Shown piece after piece: positions 25,538-39,628 of a stretch of 64,000 nt of DNA; position 1 is the first letter of the stretch, and every line of letters starts with the position of its first letter. The stretch lies in the NCBI RefSeq assembly GCF_009914755.1, contig NC_060930.1, one strand, 5' to 3'. Both the position numbers and the translations under genes were made by a program. A model generated the notes under the pieces. That model searched no databases. It was not told the DNA's origin and saw nothing but the letters and a program-made list of their open reading frames with translations. This DNA comes from the human T2T-CHM13v2.0 reference genome, Homo sapiens.

Positions 25538-26445
25538 CTATGGGAGGAAAAAAAAAAAAAAGAGAGAGAGAAAGGGGAAGCAAAATTAGACTTTACGGAA
25601 TTTTTTAAAAAAACTTTAAAGCTATGTACTTTCATATCTCATTTTAAGTATGATTACTCAAAAACTAAACTTTCTAAAGAACATTATTTATAAACCCTCC
25701 TACACACACAGCTTTATGATGGTGATGAGTAAATCCACATTCATGTATTCATGAATAATGTTCTTCTCCACCTAAGCAAAGAAACAGCTGTTCTCAGTAT
25801 ATCAAAGGTTATTTATTTGTATTAGCTTAAATCATTTATATAAACACATGTCTGAATTTTTGCTTCTAGCTATAAGCGCCAAGTAACAATCCATTACCAT
25901 TAGTAATTCTTAATATTTATGCCTATTTCTCCTGGGGAGAAAACATCTAACTCAGGAATCTGTTCCATTAAGTGATTCTTTCCCATGAAGAACATGCCAC
26001 ACAGTGGATCTGTAGAGATGGCTAACACCCCTTCTTGCCAGCACAATTCTACTGCTTAATCCCTGGGTTCATAAAGAATGAAATCAAACTTTCTTGATGT
26101 CAAATATTTCTAGGCTTATACAAAAGCATGTTTTTAGCAAATGGACCAATCTTTTTGGGAGTTCAACTGAAATTATTTTGCTCTCTTTGATCAAAAGTTG
26201 ACAAATATCTTAACAGAAACATAATCTCAGAGCTCTTAATTTATTAAATAGGAAGACTTTTGTTGACAACTCAAAAACATGAAGAATTCCACCGAAACTT
26301 TTCCTATCATTTACTATGGAAGAGTGATTTCTTAAAGAACACTATCATTTCAAGTATTTCTAGACTTTCTGTACAATTTTTTTAGAAATCATCTTCTGCA
26401 ATAAAGAAAAAAAAAAGAATCCCTGTACAACACTCAGAATGGTGA

Positions 26446-26809
<364 letters not shown>

Positions 26810-27467
26810 ATATCAGTTTTATTACTACATTCTTATTCCACTAGTATCAATCTAGCTGATTAGCTATCAATTAATAGATCTGTTTACAGATTAATGGCTT
26901 CAATCTGCAAGCCACCGTAATTTTCTAAAGAAATCATTTGTACCTTTCATGATAAACTGAAACAGAATAAATTCCACTGACCTGATTCAAAGCAATCTAT
27001 AGACAAAGTATGACTGGCCCTTTGTGTTAGATATATTCTTTTATATAGCTTTGTAAGCAACGTTATGCAAGGTTTAAAAATTTAAAACTGCTTTTGTTAA
27101 CCATTATATCAAAAGTTTGCAGGAGCAAATTGGTCTACTTTTAAACTGGAGTCCATGGTACATTAGCAAAAATGAGGAGGCCTGAGGCTTTGCACAGCTA
27201 ATGCACCTCGGAAACTCCTGCTACAAGAATACAAGAAGAGGACAGCACAGAGGTGAGGAATACAGGTGTCAGAATCAGGAAGCCCGGTCCCCATCTCTGC
27301 TCAGATGCCTGGCTGCTGTGCTCCTCCACAGGCACCGATCTCTAAGCATCAGTTGTCTTGCCTAGGGCGAGAAATAGACTACCACGATATAAAGCAATCA
27401 ATTCTGTGTCTGACTCTAATAAGTGTTCAATGAATGCTAGCACTTGCCATTTCTAAACAGATTATTG

Positions 27468-27468
<1 letters not shown>

Positions 27469-27505
<37 letters not shown>
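27469..27505. repeat. Poly(T) 37-mer
   Basis: direct count. Confidence 0.95.
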
Positions 27506-27507
<2 letters not shown>

Positions 27508-27829
27508 CATTATGTGACAGGGAAAGCTGTTGTCTGCCCAGCTTGGACCTGTGTCATAAATGTCATCTACTAGCTTTATATGAGCTGGCTCATGTTGTCT
27601 GGAGGAGAAATTTGTTATGGCTACCAAGAAAAATTATAAAGTTTTCAAAGATTTATATGATCAGTGTAACTTGAGGGATTCAAGCATATTTTATGAGTTA
27701 TATTTCTCCTCAAAAATTAACATATTAGTCTTGAAAAATAGATATTAGTCAATTTAACGTCAAGAAAGAATCATGTGTGCCAGCTGATAATTCACATTAA
27801 AAATAGCAAACTGTGATACCAAACGAAGA

Positions 27830-28050
27830 ATAATGATAATGGTGAAGATAAATTTTATGATATGCCAGAAATGGTTCTAAGTTGTTTCATGTGTGTTATC
27901 TCATTTAATTTTCAAAACAATCCTATGAGGTAGATACTAGTATTACTATCATATATGGATGATGGAAGTGAAGCAGAGAGGTTGGTATCACGGTGACACA
28001 GCTCGTATTTGGTAGAACAGTATTAGACCATAAGTCCAGAGCAAAAACCT
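27830..28050 (-). mobile_element. MIR SINE
   Basis: ctcatttaat...acaatcctatgaggtagatact MIR core; edges approximate. Confidence 0.7.
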
Positions 28051-29266
28051 TAAAGATGAAGGATCTAGATACACAGCTAGCTAAACTGCAGTGAGAGAAA
28101 ACTGAGGAAACGGAGAAAACAAAGATAAGCAAACTACATGTAAAAAACATGTCCTTGAAGAAAAGTATAAAAAGAGACAAGATACAAGCTAAAGATGGTT
28201 AGATGATCAAAGATTTTATATACAAAATCTTATATAACCATATATACATATTTGTTGTTGTTTTTTAAAGAGCAAGATGTGGACATATTTATTGGCCAAA
28301 GAACCTAAAGGTACCCACTAGGGAACAAATAATTTACAAAGCAGGATAATTTAAGAGGCACAAAATGAGGGATCAAAGCAGAGGAATGATTATCTCCTCC
28401 TTGAGACAGGAGAAGTGGGAAAGAATGAATGGGAGGAGAGAGGAGCGATGCTTCATTAAAGGCAAAAGGGAAGAAGGGAAGGTGCATGAAACCAAGAACA
28501 CTCATGCACAGCTTCTTCTTTCAGTGACCCACACAGTGGAGGGCATCAGAAGAGGAAGCAGGGGTGCCTAGGGACTCACGAGGACCATGAGCATTTGGAG
28601 TGGCAAAGGAAGTCAAAAGACAAATTGCTTGCCTAGCAGCACTGAGGATCCAGCTCATGCTGGAAATTATTTATCTGTAATAGCACTAATCCATAGAGTT
28701 GTGCTATTTTTTGTTATATAGAGTAACTGCATGTGTCACAATGGTTGTACTATTTTTAAGGTAGCACTTGGACAGCACAGGTCCAAAACTGGTGAGGTCA
28801 GGACACAGGACTAATCCAGGACTAGCAGACAGAGAAGGTAAATGTGCAAAGAGGAGAGTAGTTTGAGGGGGTCAGAACGTTCCTGACAAAGCAGTCAGAC
28901 CATAGGGTTCAAGTTGGTTTGGGAAAGAAGTTAAGTCAGGAGGCAGCTGATGAGAATATCGAAGTGAAACCTAAGAGGAGGGATAGTGGAAAGAAGAATG
29001 GTAGCAGGCATGAGGCAGTGTGGCTGTGGTGGAAGGAAAGGTGGTTAGAGTCAGAAAGTGGAGCTCTAGACAGCTGCAGGGGCAGCTCAGTTATAAATGA
29101 CAATGCATGGACAGAAATGGACCTGGGAGGGACTGCAGACAAAGGAGATGAGGCAAGGAGGGGAGAAAAGAGTTCAAAGACAGTGGGTTAATGCATCTGC
29201 CACATTCCCCACCATTACCACCTCCTAATTCACAGAGGTTACTAAAAGCAATACCAAGCTGTTTTC

Positions 29267-29403
29267 TTTCTTTCTTAGAAAAAAAGAGAGATGGAGTCTC
29301 AGTATGTTCCCCAGGCTGGTCTCAAACTCCTGGGGTCAAGTGATCCTCCCACCTCTGCCTCCTGAGTCAGTGGAATTACAGGCATGTGCGATCATGCCCG
29401 GCT
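29267..29403 (-). mobile_element. FLAM/Alu left monomer, ~25 nt from exon donor
   Basis: single monomer; agctgttttc duplicated on both flanks. Confidence 0.85.
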
Positions 29404-29427
29404 TCCGAGCTGTTTTCCTAAAATTAC

Positions 29428-29525
29428 CTGTAGAAAGTATGATGCTCCACGCACACTTTCCATAGTCTTTTCGCTGCCCGGTGGTTTGGCAGTTTGAATC
29501 CAATGGTACTCTCAAACTGTTCCAG
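29428..29525 (-). CDS. EPB41L2: EPB41L2 coding exon (~exon 10), [32 protein letters not shown](R)
   Basis: 98 nt, ccag/gtaatt, phase 0-2; end of FERM. Confidence 0.96.
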
Positions 29526-30050
29526 CTGGAATAAATCCGTAAAACAAATCAGCATATTTCCTTAAGAACTGACTAGAAGTTACTGAAAAGCATGCATTCA
29601 GATGTTTCTGTGAGAAGCAATTATTCTTCTCAAAAAAGGTAAATATTGCATATCTAATATAATCATATAAAGATGAATTTCATAGACTGCAATACTATTT
29701 TCTACAAAAAGCAAGTAACAACGGCTCACATAAACCAACTATCCTTCAATGTTCACTAAAACTCATCTTATTGCTTTCCTAATGATCACAACTTAATTGA
29801 TTCAACAAGAAAAAACGAGCCCACACCTTATCACATTTTCTTTTTTGTAAAAAGCGTGATGGTTGCTTTTTTTAAAAACAGACCAGACGTATATATACTG
29901 CAATTTTACCATTAAGAACCCTGACCTTTTACAATGGAAGAATAAATAGTTTATTTTCTTAAAATTTTAGAATTAATAGAAAAGAATTTTTAAATTCATG
30001 GTCGTAAACAGGCCGACTAACAACAACTGATTAGAAATGTCTTGGCTTAC

Positions 30051-30203
30051 CTCTGCCGGTCTGACTTTAATGTAGAAGTTACTGCGTTTATAGGAAATTT
30101 TTAAGATTTTCGGCCAAGCAAAACGATTGATTCGCAGTCTGTCTTTGTAAATGAGAAGTCCATTAGCACACACGCCCAGCTTGATGTCCACACCTTCTGA
30201 GTC
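30051..30203 (-). CDS. EPB41L2: EPB41L2 coding exon (~exon 9), FERM C-lobe [11 protein letters not shown]...IKVRPAE
   Basis: 153 nt, gcag/gtaagc, phase 0-0. Confidence 0.97.
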
Positions 30204-31959
30204 CTGCCAAGCATAACCCAATTAACCATGGTTAAGAGCTGTGAAAGTTACACAAATCAAGAAGCTAATTAGCTCCCTCAAATCATGATCAGGAATGACA
30301 GTTTAACAGGTTTGTATTTAAAGTTTAGTGACAAGTACGCACGTTAATGAAAACTATGGCGCACACACATACATGTTAAATTTATTCATCTTCAGGGATC
30401 AGGTGTGATTTGCCGAAGAGTTACGGCAACATGACCATAAGACACAGTGTCCTTCAAAAGGCGTAATGCATATGTTCTCAAGCTCCACTGTAGGAGCTAA
30501 CAGAGAAGAAAGGAAGCAGAACTAGAGATCCTGAAGATACGGGAAATAAAATGAGCTTTTCCCGTAGGCTAGTCCAGCCTCAGGGACAGTCTGTTGGCCT
30601 ACCCTAAGATGTGTTCAACCATTTTCCTTTAGGTGCATTTACCTCAGATGGATTACCCTAGCTAATAGCTCTTAAAATTATGCCAATATTTTGCAAAACA
30701 CCAATCCCTTGCAGATAATTTCTCTTCCAGGCTGACAGTGCTGAAATCTCTGAATTCTTTCAAGCAGTTTTTCATTAACTTAGAATGCTGACATCCAGTT
30801 CTCATTAGGCATTCCTTTGGCTGGCACGTTTCAAAGGACTGCAGACTATTCTTGAAGTTATTAATAGTTTTCTTTCCCTAGAGCTTTAATCTGGAATCGA
30901 TGACAATCTAGAATAATCACAGGCCTAAATTATGTTTTAAAAACCAAACAAATTTACAGGCAAAAGTGAAAACCTGTCTCCTCACATTTCAAGTAGTGAA
31001 GATCTAAGATGCATGTATTCAAAACATACAAATTATTGTTTATCTCTAAGAGGAGAGCTGGCTCTCATTCAACATATGTAAAATTGAAGACTACCGCTCA
31101 AAGACATTCACATTTTCAGAAATCACAAACAATACGAAACAAATTCTCACAAAAAATGTTGCAACAAACCCCATATTTAGTCTAACTCCCAATTTAATAA
31201 AAGGACATTTTGTCTATCTTATTACTCAGAACATTTTGATACCATTTAAATCAGTTTTTTATAAATAAAAGTATAGTATTAGCTAATTGATGCCAGTTGC
31301 TTTCTCTGCTGTGACACTTGAGTAATTCATATATACAAATAAAATTACATTAGACCAACTTGAGCCATTTTAAAAAATCCAATCAATTGCTTTACTCACC
31401 CTTATCTTGGCAGCCACAACTCTCTCTAGGAATAGACTAAAAAGCTGGGGTGAATCAGGCACAGGTGCCCAAGCAACTTGGCACCAGACCCCATGGTGTG
31501 TTTGCCAAAACCATCACTGCCCATGGCCACCGGGAGCAAGGCAGAAGATTGCCCGAGACGGCATGTTCTTACCACAAGTGGGGAGGCAACCCGCATTTGA
31601 AACATTGAATGAGCCATCTCTAGTCTGAAGCAATCTTTGGACAGGACAAGGAAGCTATTTTATCTGACTTAAAAATAGACACAACGCAGATTCAAGTAAA
31701 TCAGTTGATTTTTGTTGTTCTATGTAATTATTTTAGAATTACCAGTATTTGTGTGAATAGAAACGACAGATGAAGGGTAGGAAGTGAAAGAGGAAAAGGC
31801 AGGCCTTGATCCTTCACATGTAAGTTATGCCACATGGTATCAAAATCAGAAAAATAAACTAATGGAAAGGAGCACCTTCTCTGCATTGCTCACTGCTCCA
31901 TGGAGCAATGCATGGGGCAATGCATGGAGATGGCTGGCTTTCAAATGAGTTCAGTATAA

Positions 31960-32290
31960 AGGGAGTTCTTGCAAAGGATCAGGAGAGAAAGGAAAGGGAG
32001 GTCAGGGTGTTTAATACCCAGATTCCCTCCCTACGTGGTCACCTCAGGCTGACTATGTCCCTCTGACAATGGCTCCCCACAAGACGGCCCTCTCCACACA
32101 TATCTCTCCTTGGGAGTTTTGGAAACCACTCTGCCCTCCCTCCTTCAGACAGACCTAGAGAGATTAGGATAGCTGCAGATACTATCCTGGGGCTACCACG
32201 GGTGTCCCGCTTCTCTTATGGTTTCTCTGCACCTTTGTTGAGATTCCTTTTATTTAACTCTCTCCAACTCATCCTAACATGAATATGACA
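31960..32290 (+). mobile_element. ERVL LTR (LTR33-like)
   Basis: ggaggtcagggtgttt...ggccctctccacaca...ccttttatttaactctc resembles recalled LTR33; edges approximate. Confidence 0.6.
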
Positions 32291-33659
32291 TTACAAACTC
32301 TTCTAATTAAAAAAAAAAATCTGATTTTAAGGCAATGAAAAATAAAGACACAAAACTTTAAACGACATGAAATATGAAAAGTTCTTTTAAACTGCCACAT
32401 ATATTCTTTTCAATAAGCCACAAATATCTTGCTTATCAAATATTACCTAAGGAGTCTATCGGATGATAAACAGAATGAAGGTTATCTTGAATTTTTTTAG
32501 TGTTCTGCTCCTAACTACACAGCAAGAAAGAGTATTATACTTAGAACAGAGTCCACAATTTCTTACTTTTCTAAGAGACAACATTAAAAACAAGAATCCT
32601 GAAACCTTACATACAGCATTGCCATTTAAGAATTGGTTTCTAACTAACAATCAACAAAGTAGAGATGCAAGATTTGCATGTGGTAAGAATGGCAGGGTCT
32701 AGAGGAGGAGAGGTTTGGGAGCTCTTTTTGGTCTCAAACATATTTTTTCCTTCCTCCCTATTTCTGTTTCTTGGCTAACCTAGCCTGTCCCCATTACATA
32801 GAAAATGATCTGAAAAACACTGGAGTGTTAAGACAATCTGTTTCACCTCCTACTAGGATTTACCAGACGGTATCAGGCAGATAGACCATTTAACAATACA
32901 TGGCTTTAAACAAGTCATTCTCTGCACTGTTTTATGTAGCTGTAAAATTAAAAAACATTCAAACTTTAAATGAGATGGTATACTTGTAAAAAATGAGATG
33001 GTATGAAAGTACTTTTTAAAATTAAGGGCATACAGCATCTAGTGGTTAAAAATGATGCTGCCAGAGACTACTTACTGACAGAAAAATCTTATAATAGTAA
33101 GTTAAAAAAAAAAAACTAACAAAAATGATGCTCATAGTATGACCCCATTTTTAGAAGGCATGTGAATTCAACTGCCCAGGGGTCTAAAAAAAAAAAAGAA
33201 AAGAAAAAAGGTATTAAGAATGCTTATTTCTGCATAAAAAGATTTAAGTGATCTTTATTTCCTTCTGTTTGCCTCTATTTTCTATGATGAACATGTATTA
33301 GTTTTGTAATAAAGAAAAATATTTAAATAAAGGAAGCCACTGAGGAGAAAAAGAGTGCTTTGTAAATATGAAGTATGATTAATAACACAAATGCAAGAAT
33401 TATTAATCAGAGGCCTAGGGAGGAAAGACATCATTGTGTGGGGAGCTTTCCTAGAGATTTCTCAAATCATATAATCTGGGCTTCTAAACAACATCTACAG
33501 ATTGGCAGGGTCTTTTAAAAGCAGGCTACCATAAGGAAATGTTGACTCTGGACATATTTTTTAAAACCAAATTCATATTTCACCTTGCTTGTCATTCTCC
33601 TCGACTCTCCCCACTACATAATCATCTAAACTAGAACCATGATGTAAGTGATATTGTTA

Positions 33660-33990
33660 CTGGCAACCAACTATAGCGATGTGCGCTTACACATTTCACT
33701 TTTTGACTTATTTCTTTATGAACAGGATTTGTCTATTCATAACTCATACCCTGTGACTCTCGTTAGTATACCGAACGTTTATGCTTGCAAAAAAAATGTA
33801 TGTTACTACTGCCTAATTTATCGTGTAAAGTGGCCTATGAACTTCTGTTGTGTTTTATGTTTCTCAAATCCCCCCTTAAAAACGTAAATAAATGTCTTTT
33901 AAATAACTTTTAAAATTATTTTTTCGAGCATTATATTTTTGAGATTTTGATCTTTTGGGATTACGGTGTTCAGGATTATGACTGGCTTCC
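33660..33990. mobile_element. Ricksha-like (MULE/MuDR) DNA transposon end
   Basis: reverse complement ggg...tcataatcctgaacaccgtaatcccaaaagatcaaaatc resembles Ricksha terminal repeat array. Confidence 0.6.
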
Positions 33991-34573
33991 CATGTCCCCA
34001 TTGTCCCACTCTTTTACCATCTTTCAAATTAGACTGAAGGTGCTTTATCACCCAGAGCCTGGGCCCACCTACGTTATCTTTCACAAAGTACAAAACACAC
34101 CTACAGGGAAAAGACCAACTCTAGGGCTCCTTCATCAAACATAAGCTTTTTGGAAAGTGGTCCCATGCTACTTTTGCCCTTTTATGGTTGCTAAGGTCTT
34201 CTCTCCTCTCCCAAGACAGAGGTGGGAGAGGGAACTGGGACAGACACAGCACTTGGCCTAGCAGAAGCTGCAATGCAAAATAAACCAGGATAAGCGGTGA
34301 AAAAAAAAAGGCTGACAAGGTGTGTCATAGTAAGTACCTATGAAAGGGCATTAATTAAAAAGACTGGGAAAACAAGTGGTAGAGACAGAATACATGGTCC
34401 CTCCCACAACCAAACACCCCATAATTAGTCACCAAGGAAATATTCCAGAGACCCTCAATTGAAAGCAAATATCCTTTTCCCAAAAATAAGCTGTGCTATC
34501 CTGAAACTGGAGCCCTCTCAAAACCTCAGTCAACAGACTACTATGATGCTACTCCCCGTTACATTTACAGTAC

Positions 34574-34661
34574 CTTGGCATGATGTAGGTCAACACCATA
34601 CATGGAAAGCCTCTTTGCATTTTCTAAGAACTGGGAATCAGCTTGTGCTGGCGATAAGCCC
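34574..34661 (-). CDS. EPB41L2: EPB41L2 coding exon (~exon 8), [29 protein letters not shown]
   Basis: 88 nt, tcag/gtactg, phase 2-0. Confidence 0.96.
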
Positions 34662-36048
34662 CTGAGAATCAAAAGAAACAGTATTATCTTATTAATGGAT
34701 GCAGAGCAAATGTAGTCAGAATGGGAGGAGTGTCTGTGCTCAGAGGGTTTGGAGGAGAGAAAGTTACCCAGCCAAGTTTGCAGAAAAGTAGGAAATGGTA
34801 AGAAAACAACTCTCAACCTCTAACATTTTTCCCTTAAGATCCTATAATGTAAACCTGCTAAACTGCATGGAGGTATACCTACCTCCACTCTTACCCATTT
34901 TATCTTAAAAAGTTGCTTTTGATTATTTTCACTGAGGAAAAAAGCCCCAGCAATAGTGTACAACATAAGTACTGGAGAATAAAAAACAGTGATCTCATCT
35001 TTCTGTGATAAACACATTCTTACTCCTTCATTTTATTTCACTAGAGTTGATCATAATAAAGATTGAAATTACTTGTATTTGATTTTATACCTATGATAGG
35101 TAACACAAATCAATTGTCCATACTAAAATTATTTCCATTCCTATCTATATACCCAACTAAGTAAACTTTAAGCTCCTAAAGAGCAAGATCATGTCCCATT
35201 AATTTTCACATTCCCCATGGCATGTCAGTACCTGATATTTCACATCAGAATTATACAACAAATGTCTATTGAGTAGAATTTAAGTAAATTAATAAGAAAA
35301 CATTTAGAGTCAAATACCATATTTTTTTTAAAGAAAAATCAATGAATGTGGCCTGTTTAAAAACCTAATTTTTGAAAGTTCCTTTCAGATCACTTTAGTA
35401 ATATTTAATAAAACTGTAATTTTGCAATATAGAACAAATTATCATTTTGTAGCTAGCGTTATAAAAATTTGTGTAAAAAGTCCATTTTCTTTTCACACAC
35501 ATATAAATGTTCTAGAAGCGTAATATGGTATTAATGTAATGTTAAGTAATCTTAGCTAAACCAACGGGTCATCTTCCAACGGAATCACCTGTACATTTCA
35601 GTTACTATTCCTACGTCCATCACCACCTACACTGGTAATTCAAATCCCAATGCCTCCTTATCTCCCTAGCTTTCTTACCACATATAGTAATAAGGACAAT
35701 TATAAGGCAGAAGAAATATAAAGTAAATGTCAAATAAGTATGTGGACATGTTTGTCTCCAATGTGTATGTGTTAGGGGGATAGGGAGAAGAAGGTGTCAT
35801 GGGGAAAAGTACATTTTTCCAATACATGAAAACATACAGTCTTACAAGCATAGTTTCTCAGACGGTAGTTATAAAAATAATGAAAGGATACCTCAAGGGC
35901 TCCACGTTGCCTTGATTAGTGCTAGGTGAAACTCCAAAAGGAAAAATTGGATAATCCTGTAAATCATGCTCAAATGTCTAGTAAGTGCTACAAGAGAAGC
36001 TATTTAAATCTCCCATGGCCATTCTCTCCAGTAAGCAAGGCAACAGAC

Positions 36049-36267
36049 CTGTGGGTTTTGTGCAGCTCTGCCACCTTCTCTTCCAGCTCCTTAGTCTGAG
36101 TAGGGGCAAACTGGAATTCACTGAGGTCGATGCTGCCATGTTCTTCTGGGTCATAGTCACCAAGTTCAGCCTGCAGGGTGTAGGATCCCAGGAGAGCATG
36201 AGTCACAAAAGAGCAGGGCAGGCGGCCAGAGGCAATGTCCTGCCGGAGCTGAAGGCACAAGAAGTAT
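36049..36267 (-). CDS. EPB41L2: EPB41L2 coding exon (~exon 7), FERM alpha-lobe [11 protein letters not shown]...ELHKTH(R)
   Basis: 219 nt, acag/gtctgt, phase 2-2; lies in ORF 36000..36260. Confidence 0.96.
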
Positions 36268-36784
36268 CTGTGAGGAGCAGAGGGAGAAATGGGTCAGGGG
36301 AGAACCATTAGGTGAGATTGGAGCACTCACAGTCCTTAAAAGCTAGTACCCCTTTGAAAACAAATATACAATATAGGCACTCTTCATATAAACAGCAAAA
36401 ATCATCTTCTCTAATAAAAAGCCTCAACTTGCTCCTTGGGCTTCTAAACTTGTGGCTTATTTATAGAAACTGAGTCCAGAAGGCTAATTTATATGTGTGT
36501 GTGTATATATATAAGAGTTTTATAACTGAAGTAAAAATTTCAATCACTTAAACTGTCTCCTTGGATTTCAAACTGTAATAAAAATTAGCACGCCCCTCAA
36601 AAGATGTAAGGATTAATAGATTAAAAAAAAAAACTAGTCTTAATCATTTGTAAGAAAAGCTAAGGTCACCCACCCTTTATCATCTTGACATTTCTTCTTT
36701 TCCAGAAACACCTTTAACAACAGTTATTGGTAAATCTCTACTTTGAAGCCCTTACTTTTCCATTTACCCCATTTAAAGCAGTAG

Positions 36785-36990
36785 CTAGCTCAGTTTAGCA
36801 GAAAAGGCCTGGGCTTTGAAGCCAGGAAGACCTGACTCTATATGACCTTGAGCAAGTTAATTTACTTGCCTAAGGGTAATTTCCCACCTATAAGACGCTA
36901 AGAACTCTACCTCCCTTTGAAGATGAGCATGAACATTAGATAATATAAATAAAATATCTGGTACATGCTTAAGAATCAATAACTAGTAGC
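36785..36990 (+). mobile_element. MIR SINE
   Basis: ggctttgaagccagg...tgaccttgagcaagtta. Confidence 0.6.
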
Positions 36991-38820
36991 TATAATAATT
37001 AGTGGCTATAATGTTTCTCATTCAATGTTCCATGTGGCTCACTACGGTTATAAAAGAATTTCCGTTTTCCATGAAATAAAATGCAGAAACATGTGATATA
37101 TACCCTGTGGGTTTCCCCCACCTTTTAAGCCCCACTATCAATTCCTCTTGGTAACATTTTAAAATGTGATTTCTACTCTTTAACTTCACCACTTGCTATG
37201 GTCACCATGGATCCTCCCAAATCAACAGCAGAGTCCTCATTCTTTAAGACCTTTTAGAGACTGGCATTCATACTGGCAGCTGGCCATCTTAGTCCTGTGG
37301 ACACTTGCCTGGCCTGGGTTTTAGGGCCCAATCCTCTTCCTGCTCTCTACCCTACACAATCAAATGGGGAGTGCTGGCCTCTGGTCCAGGCCTTGTTGTT
37401 ACTGGGTCAGAGAGCACAACCCAGCACATGGGGCCAGGTCAGTTCAGAACCTGGATTACCACCCAAATACATCATCAGGCAGGGCGGGGACTCTGTTTAT
37501 CATCACTATAGTCCCACAGTTACTGGAGGGCTTGCCACATGACAAGTGCTCGGTAATTGAGAGACTGAAAGTCTTCTCGCTATCACTACAGTATTTTGAG
37601 TATTTTATGCCTTGCAGATCTCCTTTTAAGGAGGATTATATGTTTCCTTGACCCGTAGAAAAACATAAGCATTAACAGTACATACTTCAGACAACTGAAT
37701 TTTCAACCATGGGTCCAGGTTATCCTCAAATTCTCTAATAAACAACAGTGATGGTTCTCCACATTTTATGGAAGTTTTAGAACCTAAACACAAAGATTTC
37801 ATCTTGTTGCTTCCTTTTATATTATTGTCTCTGCTTTTCACATTGGTCCTTTCCTCTGTTTTCAAAGCCTAAGTCTAAATCCTAAAAACTTCAAACAAAA
37901 AATGGCATGAGCTTCCTGAATTACCCAACTGTACCTTCACACAGCACTATGAAGCATTCTTCAAACATTATTCGAAATAGTGTTCTTGCCCTTCTCAGAA
38001 GCCTACCCCAGCTTCTAAATGTTCACTCAAGTCATGGTGAAGATTTCGATCATGACATTTAAGCTTCCAGGCCACAAGTACAGGCAGGTGGCTGGTCTCA
38101 GGCTGCACCACTGAGAACTTTAGTTAGCTGAGCAGACTATATTGTTCCTCCCACTAGACAGGGAGACTGTTCAAGTTCCATTTATATGGAAAACCAAAGT
38201 ACTGATGCTACAAACTTGCAATCACCAAAGGATTATCATTCTCCAAACAAATTACTGCCAGGAGGAGTGTATGTACAGAGTGTTGGGTCACAAAGCCCCA
38301 GTTACATGCATTGTTCAGAGGCACCCCTGCAGTGAAGCTCTGCATCCTACACATGCCATTCGGTCAGGTTTTATGCTCTAAGTAGCTCACTGTGCAGTTA
38401 CAAAAGCTACTATTTATTATTTACTAGGTGAAGCTAATTCATTCAGAGCTTAATTAGTGCATTCATATTCAGCAACAAGTAGTTTAAAAAAAAAAAAAAG
38501 GCCGGCCTGCTATGTACCCAATATTGGAAAGAAATTTCCATCCTTGCTATTTCACATGGATATTATGAACTCTTAACCACTTCCACAACTTGATGTCTGA
38601 CAACAAAACTGGCCCAGCAGAAAGCATCAAAGATACAGGAACTAAAGACAAGCAGACTCTTTTGCTAAGCCCCTCTAGTTTTCTAAAAGTCATGCACTGC
38701 ACACAGTTGTACTTGACCATGTAAGTAACCTTTTAAAAATATGGTATATAAAAATCATCCTTTAAAAAAAAAAAATCAACCCTTTATACTTCCTCTCACC
38801 AAAGCTAAGAAATGCTATCC

Positions 38821-38938
38821 CTGGTACCCAGTGTAATCAGGCTAAGATTTCAAGCTACTTGTTGATTGATTCACAATGTTTCTGGTACCCAGTCTAACTG
38901 GGCTAAGATTTCAAGGTACTTGTTGATTCACAATGTTT
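38821..38938. repeat. Local tandem duplication, 61 + 57 nt units
   Basis: ctggtacccagt...gctaagatttcaag...cacaatgttt repeated twice. Confidence 0.9.
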
Positions 38939-39552
38939 CTTGGTTGCCATTCAGGTACTCAGAATCAATAAATATTCTCTTGCTCCTAAACAGAATCCTT
39001 TCTTTGCAATTCAAGTGTATGTTCTTATAGCTCACACAATCTCCAAGGAGATGGAAATGAACTAGCTATTGACTCTACGTAAGAAATCCTACCTTGTTTG
39101 GTTCTGGAGGGAGAAGAGAGAAAGAAATTACCAGTTCAATTGGACTTTTAAAATAATTTCATTTTGCTAACCTCATATCATCTTTGTAATATGAGACTAG
39201 TATATAAGCACACATGAGTTATATACAATAAAAATGACCTTGGTATTAAAATCTCAAATATTAAATATTAGTGACTTTTAAAAGTATAACATAGAAAACA
39301 AAGTTGTCAGCAGTATCATTTTTAAAATTTTCATTACTAGAATATAAATGAAGATATTAAAGAAAGTGAATAAAATTTTTGAAACTGGCAACATTTCAAA
39401 CTATTTGGATGTACCCATTTTCAAGGAAACTTCTAAAACTTAAGAAAAACTGTTTTGGTTTTCAATCCTGAAATTACCACTATGCTCCCAGGGCACAAAA
39501 ATAAACGAGAGCTGTAAGGAAAGGTTCATTTAAAAATGCAAATATAAAGTAC

Positions 39553-39628
39553 CTGGTGATATCTTCAGTCAATTGAGAAGGATCAGGAGGATAAAACTTC
39601 ACATTAAAAGTGAATAGCCATGGAAGGT
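39553..39628 (-). CDS. EPB41L2: EPB41L2 coding exon (~exon 6), (N)LPWLFTFNVKFYPPDPSQLTEDIT(R)
   Basis: 76 nt, acag/gtactt, phase 1-2; VKFYPPDP FERM signature. Confidence 0.96.
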
